Shown: piece after piece, positions 54,480 through 64,000 of the stretch
Layout: each line of letters begins with the position of its first letter
Position numbering within the stretch: position 1 is the first letter of the stretch
NCBI RefSeq assembly: GCF_009914755.1
Contig: NC_060932.1
Reading direction: 5' to 3' (one strand)
DNA length: 64,000 nucleotides
Source: the human T2T-CHM13v2.0 reference genome, Homo sapiens
The notes under the pieces: generated by a model
What the model was told of the DNA's origin: nothing
The model's input: only the letters and a program-made list of their open reading frames with translations
The model's database searches: none
Made by a program: the position numbers and the translations under genes

Positions 54480-57400
54480 CCATGGTGGAAAAATGAATCT
54501 TGGACTTATTTTCTCATGTAAACAGTTATAAAACTGGGCAAAATGTTTGTTGTAATTGTCTTTCAGATATTAGACAAAAGACAACAGGATGGTGATCTCT
54601 GAGGCAAAGAAATACAACGTGTACTCCACATTCATTACATCGTTTTCCTAAGGACCATTTGCAAATCACAGTACAGGGAAATAGAGCCCATCGGTGTTGG
54701 CAGCTAGCAGGAGGAGAGATGAGATTTCAGGAAATTGATATGGACAGAATTTGTGGGGCAATGAAACGGAGAAAGGGAGCTGAGCTTACAAGGCTCTCCA
54801 GAAAACTTATAGGAGCACTCTTCAATCTTTGTAAAAAGGCTGCATTGTACATGGACAGGATGATACCATATGATAATTATTAGATAAAGACTACTAGGGA
54901 ATGTGTGAGATGAACAAAGGTTATCAATGCAAAATTCTAGATGTTGGGCTTCCAACCAGAGTGTTGGTATTTCCCTAAGCACCCTGGACATGAAGTTGAG
55001 GCCCCTGAGTGCCACAGTTTAGAACTAAAACTATTTAGACTGTAAAATAATAACTATTTTAGATTCAGTCTAGAAAGTCTAAAATCATACTTGAACAGGA
55101 GCAAGCTGATATGCTAATAAACTAACTTCCTGCTTTGAGAGTTTTTTTTTAAGAGAGACAACAACGTTTATTCTTTCCTAAAATTACTAGATGTGCAAAA
55201 ATGTGGGAAAATTGACACTAACCAGGAGAAAAATCAGCAATAGAATGGGGCCCAGATTTGCTCCATATGCTAGAGTTAGCAAAGATATGAAGTTATTATA
55301 AACATGTTCAAAGATGTAAAGGAAGACGGACATAATGAATGAACAGAAGATGAATCCTAGCAAAGAAATTGATTTTAAATGTAAGAAAAAAGAAGGAAAA
55401 TGAAATGCATAGGGCTGAAAAATTCAATATGTTAAGTGAAAAAAATCAGCAAATGGGACTAAATTCGCGTATTATAATTCCTTCTGAAGAAGAAAGAATT
55501 AGTGAACTTGAAAAGGTGTGTATAACAACTCTCCAAATGAAGCAGCAGAGATAAATGAAGACTAGGAAAAGCATAAATACAACGTCCATGAGCCTGTGAA
55601 ACAAGTAAAAGAGGCTTAACTAAAAAGCCAATACTGGAGATTAAACTGAACATTAAAAAGTACTCAACTGATGAAATGGAGCAGGAACAGAGGATAAAAT
55701 AAACAAAAGATAGAGGAGATGTACAGGAAACAGCGAGATGATAGACAAATGGAAACATATCAATAATTGCATTTTAAATATAAATGGACAGACACTAAAC
55801 ACTGCCATAAAATTCTTACAAAAACAAAAATTTAAAGTTTACAAATCTTACAAGAGATATATTTGAAATATAAAAACAGACATGCTAAAATACATGACTG
55901 CAAACCTTTTAATAAGATATTAGAATGGTTATATTAATAACTGCTAAGTAAACCTCAAATCAAGGAGGATAAAGAGTTTTAAAAAGCTACTTTGTAATGA
56001 GAATAATAATGAAAAATAGAGTTTCAAACAACATGAAAAGTAAAACAAAATATATAGAATAAATAGATAAATCCAATCCAATACAATTTTCATACTTAAC
56101 TTAAAAATTATACAGACAGGTAAGTGACCTGGAATAGTTAATACAATCTTTAAAAAGAACAAAATTGAAACACTTTACCTGTTTTAAAGACATACTATCA
56201 AACTACATTAATCAAGACACTGTGATATTGCATAACGATAGAAAATACATCAGTTTATCAGAATAATGAGTCCATAAACAGACTCAATGCATGTAGTCAC
56301 ATGTACATGGTTCAACTGATTATTTTACAAGGATGCCAAACAATTTTATGGAGAAGAAAATGTGTTCAACAACTGTAGCTGAAACACTTGATCATACATG
56401 TACTTCTAATTTAAATTTACTGGTATTCCTGACAGAGAGGAGACTGAATGAAACACACAAATTCATAATGAAATAATGAAAGACACAAACTCAAGAAGTT
56501 CAATGTATGCCCAGCCTACTCCCAAGAAATAAAATCCCCACCTAAGCGCATCTTAGTGAATATGCAGAACACCAAAATAAAAAAGAAACAACACTGAGAA
56601 AATAAAGATAAATTACCTTCAAAGAGCAATATTTAACCTAATACTGACCTCTCAATATGAAACGGAAATAAAATAGTGGAATATGGTGTGCCTTGCCAGG
56701 GCTGCTGTAATAAAGACCACAGTCTGGGTGGCTTAAACAATACAAACGTATTGTCTCACAATTCTGGAGGCTAGAAGTCTAAAACAAAGGTGTCAGCATA
56801 AATGCTTCCATCTTAAAGGCTCTGAGAAAAGGATTTGTTCTGGACTTCTTTTCTTCCAATATCTCTTGACATCATCTTCCCTTTTGATGGATCTGTGTGT
56901 CCAAATTTCCTGATTTTTGCAAGGACAGGGGTCATATTGTATGGTCCACCCTATTGATCTCATTTTTACTTGGATATTTTTATTGCCAAATAAGATCCTA
57001 TACCAAAATAAGGATACATTCTGGTACTGAAGGTTAAGACTTCAACATATTAATTTTGGGGTGGGTTGAGGGGCATATCATTCAACCTATAAAAGGTGTC
57101 TTCAATGCCCTAGAAGAAAAAAATTTTTAAATGCCAATCTCTAGGATTTTATGTCTAGCAAAATTATCATCCAAGGTTGAATGGCCAAAGATATTTACAG
57201 ACTAATAAAACCTGAGAGAACGAATCATGAACAAATTTATGTGAAGAAAATTATAAAGGACTATTTTCATAAAAAAGGAAATGAAGACAGCTCAAAAATC
57301 AGAGACATGGAAAGGAATTCTTTTTAATTATAGTGGAAAAATATGAGTAGATGTAAGAAGTACTGAATATAAAAAGCAATAATAATGTCGTAGTTTGAGA

Positions 57401-58590
57401 AATATAGAGAAATAAAATGCCCATAAGTAATGGAATATAAATTTGGAAAAGAATAAATTAGAGGTTATGCATTCTGAGGTTGCATTATCCCCAACCATCT
57501 TAAGATACAAAGTAATAGACTTTGGTAAATCAAATTTTTACTTTTTCTTTTGGCATAACTACTAAAATAATAGAAGAATCTAAATTAGTATGTTTAAAAA
57601 CACTATTAATAAAAACAACATGCAATCCAAAAAATGCTACAAGGCAAGAGAACAAAACAAAAAAGGAGGTAGAAAAGGAGATTAAATACTCAAATATGTC
57701 ACTAATTACACTAAATACAAATGGACTAAACACTCCAGGTTAAAAGTCAATTATAATCTAGCTGGATATAAAACCAAATCCAATCATTGGTAGTTTATAT
57801 CACACAAGACTAAAACATAAAATTCAAAAATAATTAAATTGATGAGATAAGAAATGATATATTATGCAAATACCAAATGAAACTGTACTGGTATACCTGT
57901 AGTTACAAAGCATTAATATATCTATTAGGTGTTATTCCATAACGACAAAAACTAGAATCACCGTGAATCTATTTCAAATTTTGCATCATTATGAATGTAT
58001 GATTTTCAAAACACAAAGCAACATTGGACCAAAGAACAAAAAGAAATTGTCAAATCCTGAATCTTAATAGGAGATTATAAAATGCTTTCTCAGTAGTACA
58101 AACAAAAAAGTAAATAATGAAACAAAACATTATCATCAGTGTTAGCATACTGGTCCTACACAGAACCCTTAGTCCAACAATATGCCATAAAGTACTTCTT
58201 TTCAACTGAATATTTTACAAGGCAGGTTATAATTCTGGCATAATGCAAATTTTAACATATTACATCATGGAAATTACAAAACTTTTTATCTGGCCACAGC
58301 ATAATTAATTTTGAAATGAAAAACAAAAAGTAACTAATTTTTATGTTTATAATTTAAAAACTTTAAAATAAGCCATGAGCCAAATTCTAAATAACTGTAA
58401 TTAGTAAGTGTTTCAAACTGAATAATTACAATATTATTGTCAAAACTTGGGAAATATTACCAAGTCAGTACTGACAAAGAAATGTATGTCCTCAAATGAC
58501 TGTATTAGAAGTCTTAATATTAATAGTCCAACATTTAAGTTGAGAAGTTAGAAACTAATAAATATAAAAGGACAAAAATATAAATTCTCA
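54480..58590 (+). mobile_element. Highly diverged L1M 5'/ORF1/ORF2 fragments
   Basis: gaagaaagaattagtgaacttgaa, acactaaatacaaatggactaaacactcc (TLNTNGLN, ORF2 endonuclease start), caaaacttgggaaa. Confidence 0.6.
56687..57093 (-). mobile_element. MLT1B/C-like LTR
   Basis: agggctgctgtaataaagaccacagtctgggtggcttaaacaa...ctcacaattctggaggctagaagtc. Confidence 0.8.
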
Positions 58591-58602
58591 AAATGTATGC
58601 AG

Positions 58603-59002
58603 TATAAACTGTCCCCCACCAGGTTACTCAAGGGCATATGTCCATTGCTTGGATCAGGCTAGGTTCAAGTGGGTGGGGGGCCAAGAACACGATACCCAGC
58701 CTAGGAGCAGGTGTCAGACCCCAAACATTATGGAGAGTATCTGAGATGCTATCAAGCAAAACTGTCTCATTGCTAAACCATAGTAGACAAAGAGCCAGAA
58801 AATTAGCTGAAAAGCAATTTGGAGACAGGAGGCAGTGAGGATCTTGAAAGCTCTCCTGTTGCCATCCAGGAGTGCCTTGTATGTAAGTCCTAATAAACTC
58901 AAGAACACATCAAACTGGACTTGTCCAAGTCATTCTTTGGTCTCTGAGCTCCTTCCTACTTTGGGGGCAGGACACGTTACATCACCAAGGTTTTGTGTAA
59001 CG
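58603..59002 (+). mobile_element. 5' LTR of a class-III (ERVL-type) provirus, LTR47-like
   Basis: ~400 bp, AATAAA at 58892-58897, followed by a TGG-initiated degenerate PBS and gag-like sequence. Family name from memory. Confidence 0.7.
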
Positions 59003-59039
59003 GTTGGTATACAGACAAGGATCGTAGAGAGTAAGCGAT

Positions 59040-59310
59040 GAGTCACTGGGAAGGAGCATCTGTGGGGGAAATCCTGGAGTGGTCAGCAACATGCCTGTGG
59101 GGTGGAGTTGCCTCGCTGCTTGACTTCTGTGGGTTGCCAGATGAGTATGGGGACACTTGGAAAATGCCAGTGGGGACTGGGCACCTATTGCAAAAAGCTA
59201 CGATATTAACCATAAGAATACCAAATGTGCTGTTGTTGCAATAAGGCTGGCTACTGAGAGCAGGGAAGGGAGAAAGGATTGAAACTCCTGCAAAAGACTG
59301 AACGCATGAC
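59040..59310 (+). pseudogene. ERVL-type gag N-terminal remnant
   Basis: EILEWSATCLWGGVASLLD directly after LTR/PBS. Confidence 0.5.
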
Positions 59311-59440
59311 AGGTTTTCTAGAACTCCAGATTGTTACATATTACGGCCCTTTCTTGTGAACATAATTTAACTGATGAGCAAGTTACAACAACAACAAATC
59401 AGCGCTCAAACGGTTAACCTACAAGTATAGAGTTAAGTAA

Positions 59441-59785
<345 letters not shown>

Positions 59786-59827
59786 CTCTGTTTCCTTTTC
59801 TATCTGCTTTGAATCTGCTGTTTTTAA

Positions 59828-60268
<441 letters not shown>

Positions 60269-61024
60269 TAAATGTAAATATTGAAACCATTTGAAGCTAA
60301 AGGAAATAAAAAGTAAAAGAGGTTTTTAGAATACAACTGCTATAGCAACTGCCTTACTCAAAATTTTGGTCCATAGCCGTCATTAGATTACCTATTGAGG
60401 CTAGCAAACCATGTAAACAGGTCCAAATTTTGTTAGAAATAATTTAGATCCAGCTGTCTTTTATAAAATAATGAGTTTATGATGCTTTCTCATGACTAGA
60501 GTTCTGAGATAAAGGCTATTGGATGTTTGTCTGTTGGATATTTTGATAAGCAAGACTAATTTGATACTATTGGTTAAGTGAGAACAGCTGAATTTTCTGA
60601 ATCACCAGCAAAGATGCCCATGTGTTTAAACTTCTTGCTTAGGTAAACACCTGATATTCACAGGCTACACAAATGGTTAACAGGAGAATAACTTGGAATG
60701 ATGACTAGTTTTGTCTAATGTCTAGGTTATCATGAATAATACAGATAAACTGTTAAAGATAAATAAATTGAGTAAATGTAAATGAGATAAATGCTTACAG
60801 GAGAAACTTTTATGTACTTCAAAAGCTTAAAATTATTTTAGGAACTCATTAAATGTCTAGGTCATTTCCAATGTAAAAAGGGTTACGACATGAGGCATTG
60901 GTCACACTTCTGAGCCCATTAATGGGAAATCAGTTCTGTGATAGGAGGAAAGCACTGGCAGACCTCATTGAGCTAAAGACAAGGATTGAGTCCATAAGGT
61001 AATCAGGAAACAAAAAGGAGATGG

Positions 61025-62700
61025 ATGCTTGTACACTTGCCCCGGCCAAGGCAGGCAGTAAATGTAAAACAATATTATCTGCCAGGGGGACACTCTAAAA
61101 CCACCCAAACAATCCAGAAATTATGTAAGATACAAATTGTCAGGTCAGCCCAAAGCCCCCTTCTCAACAGTCCCATGTGTCCTGTGAAAAAGCCAGATGG
61201 CATCTAGAGAATGACGGGAAATTATCATAACCTAAGCAATGTGGTGCCCCCTGTACATGCAGCCGTATCCAATATTGCTCAATTGTTAAAACAAGTGGTC
61301 CTTAGGCTGGAAAGCATCCACACTGTGAATGACTTGGGCTAATACCTTTTCTAGTATCCCTTTAGCAGAAGATTCACAAGACCAGTTCGCCTTTGCTTAG
61401 GAGGGCCTACAGTGGACTTTTCAGGAGCTACCACAAGGGTTCCTGCACATCCCCACTGTCTGTCACAGTCTGGTTGCACAGGACCTGTCTAGACTCTCTT
61501 TGCCCACCTCAGTCTCCCTGTTTCACTATATTAATGATAACATGCTAACCTCAGAGTCTCTTACAAATCAGGAGACTGCTCTACAAATAGTCATGGATGG
61601 CGTAAAAGACAGGAAATGGGAAGGTAATCCCCAAAAGATACAGGGGCTGAGCACAGTCATCAAATTCCTGAGAGTTCCCACTTGGGTAAGACATGTAACA
61701 TACTCTAAGCTGTCACTGGTAACATGGCACACAGCAGCCTGTTCCCCAGACAGAAAACTAACTCCAGGTATTCCTATACTTACTGGGCTGCTAGAAGATA
61801 CTCATTCCTCACTTGGTATAAACCCTCTACCCATTATACACCCCAATAAATAAAAAGTGAAAAAAAATAATCACTGGACACATATAGAGCAAGAGGTATT
61901 TGATGAACCAAACATATTGGTGAAACCGGCCCAAGCACTAGGGGCCTCTCTGCCACAGCACTCTTTTGTATTAGAAGTCACCAGAGATGCCAAAGGGATA
62001 TATTGCGATTTGTGGCAAAAATAACCAATGAGAATGGTACCTGCAGGGTTTTGGTCTCAATTATGGAAGGAGGCAGAATCCCACCATACAGTCTTAGAGC
62101 AACGACTACTGGCCATGTATAGGGCAATGCAACAAGTGGAGCCCATCACCAAAAACAGTCTGTCACAATAAAAATCCCATAAAAGGGTGAGGGCGAGTTG
62201 AAGGCCTCCTAGCCAAGCCCACCTCCAGGGTGGCATAATTACACACCCTGCAGAAATGACACACTTATCTATAACAAAGGAGTGTCCTGATCACTAGTCC
62301 TTCAAGCACTGCAGGAAGTGCTTGGACCTATCCACTCTGAATGCGGGGAGGGGGCCAGCATGGCAGTGGAGCCACCTACCAGGCCAACCACCATATGGGG
62401 ACCCCACTAATAACTCTAGGGCCTGGTACGCTGATGGGTCTAGAAAGAACGTATCCAACACTGAGCACTAGAACAAAATATAGACTGGAAGTCCCATTTA
62501 TCATATAACCCAACATGCGCAGTCTCATTGAAGAAAAAAAAAATGACCTGTTAAAAACCGAATTGCCAGTACTGTTCCAGGAGTGCTCTTTAAGGCCCTG
62601 GACTAAGAATCTCCCTAAAGGGATACAAACTTAAAATAAGTCACCTACTACCACACATGGCATCACTCCCTATGAAGGTTTGTCATGGCCTTTAAAACAG
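61025..62700 (+). pseudogene. Class-III ERV pol remnant (RT, RNase H start, distal integrase core)
   Basis: VNVKQYYLPGG, NSPMCPVKKPDGI*RMT, QDQFAFA*EGLQWTFQELPQG (LPQG 61428-61439), HYIND (YIDD site 61527-61538), AWYADGS (~62420), IDWKSHLSYNP...LIE...LLKT. Confidence 0.9.
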
Positions 62701-63192
62701 GCCTGACAAACCCTCAGGGTTACCTCTGAAACTCCAAGCCATGCTCCTGAAGCAGGTGGCCAGACTGTGCTCCTGAGAACACCAATGGATCTGCCAAGTG
62801 GCGATGGCTATGTGAACCTGAATTTGAGCTGGACAGTGCCCCCATACTAGATTGGTTTTACGGCAGTGGGGAGTGCCATGAAGACTACCAGAAGGGAGGT
62901 GGTTCCAGCTATGCTTGATAGAAATCTAAGAGGCTTACAATATCAACATGAGGCAGCACCAATACCTGTAGAGCAGTCATAGAGTCGATACCGTTTGCAA
63001 GGCCTGAATTTAGCAAGCGGCTATTATGCCCCCTCCTAGGGAGGGAAGCCATGTGTGATAGTCTAAGCCAGGCCTGAGGCCCACAGTAGTCTCCCTAATA
63101 GGGCCAACGGGAGAAAACCCAATGGTAATAATGTTACAAAAATGGATACATTTATGAGGGTCCCTACTAAATACCCGTGTTTTCAACCATAG

Positions 63193-64000
63193 GTGGTTAT
63201 TCTTCCTACCTTGGGAGCTGAAAATATCTTTCTGAATTGGTCTGTGACTACAACAGCAATCAGCAACAAGTTCAATTGTTGGGTATATTGATACCTCCCC
63301 CTATCAAATGGTAATGGTGTGCCTTAAAATACTCTGCTTTTCTAATGACAGAACTAAAGTGACTGTTTAAAAAGAAATAGTAATACAACTCAGACTCACT
63401 GGGGATTGCATCCACCCAGAGGTGGGTGGGCATCCCCCATCCCCAAATCAACAGAGAACCAACATAAGCTCTTAAAGGCGTTACCTGTTGATATGGTTTG
63501 GCTGTGTCCCCACCCAAATCTCACCCTGAATTGTAATAATCCCCATGTGACAAGGGCGGGGCCAGATGGAGATAACTGAAGCATGGGGGTGGTTCCCCAA
63601 TACTGTTCTCATGGTAGTGAATGAGTCTCACAAGATCTGATGGTTTTATAAACGGGAGTTCCTCTGCACAAGCGCTCTTGCCTGCTGCTATGTAATACAT
63701 CCCTTTGTTCTTCCTTTGTCTTCCGCCATGATTGTGAGGCCTCCCCAGCCATGTGGAACTGTGAGTCAGTTAAACATCTTCCCTTTATAAATTACTCAGC
63801 CTTGGGTATGTCTTTCTTAGCAGCCTGAGAACAGACTAATACACCTGTTACAATTATAGCCCTGATAAACACAGTAATTTTACAAACACCTTAAATTATT
63901 TGTTAACTCAGAGCCATGAGTTAACCCAATTAGGTTTCTCTGACTCATTCTCAAATTGGTTACATACCTAACCTCAAATTGGAGATATGTTTTACTAGCA
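63193..64000 (+). pseudogene. env-like remnant (gamma-type SU N-terminus), interrupted by THE1
   Basis: VVILPTLGAENIFLNWSVTTTAISNKFNCWVY*YLPLSNGNGVP* resembles NxFLxW...NxSxCWVCxxLPxS..GxPW. Confidence 0.6.
63489..63843 (+). mobile_element. THE1C/D-like solo LTR
   Basis: TGatatggtttggctgtgtccccacccaaatctc ... gactaataCA; perfect TSD CCTGT at 63484-63488 and 63844-63848. Confidence 0.95.

Noticed and set aside
59004-59022. Assigning a tRNA to the proviral PBS (ttggtatacagacaaggat)
   Set aside because: Only loosely similar to a tRNA-Ser PBS; too degenerate to call.

Overview
Primate (human or close great-ape) genomic DNA, not microbial: 64 kb lying entirely inside the zeta-sarcoglycan gene SGCZ (minus strand). 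The only host coding sequence is one 123-bp phase-1/phase-1 exon at 46560-46682; everything else is intron dominated by interspersed repeats (L1, Alu, MaLR/ERV LTRs, MIR, L2, Tigger/MER58). Nearly all ORFs in the supplied track are L1/Alu/ERV debris or chance ORFs. Most interesting structures: (1) a full-length L1PA antisense to SGCZ with broken ORF1/ORF2 but an open antisense ORF0 whose first splice donor is in the same phase as the host intron, predicting an in-frame ORF0-SGCZ fusion; (2) the same L1 carries a ~670-bp 3' transduction polyadenylated at a captured MST LTR signal, all inside one target-site duplication (TSD); (3) a 201-bp inverted duplication of unique flank plus half an Alu; (4) a chimeric class-III (ERVL-type) provirus with an LTR-less ERV1-type internal segment replacing gag/pro, a gamma-type env remnant, and many Trp-to-stop G>A changes; (5) a young, 5'-truncated AluYa5-lineage insertion. 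Repeat subfamily names and the SGCZ protein comparison come from recalled consensus sequences, not from a database run, and repeat boundaries without TSDs are approximate.
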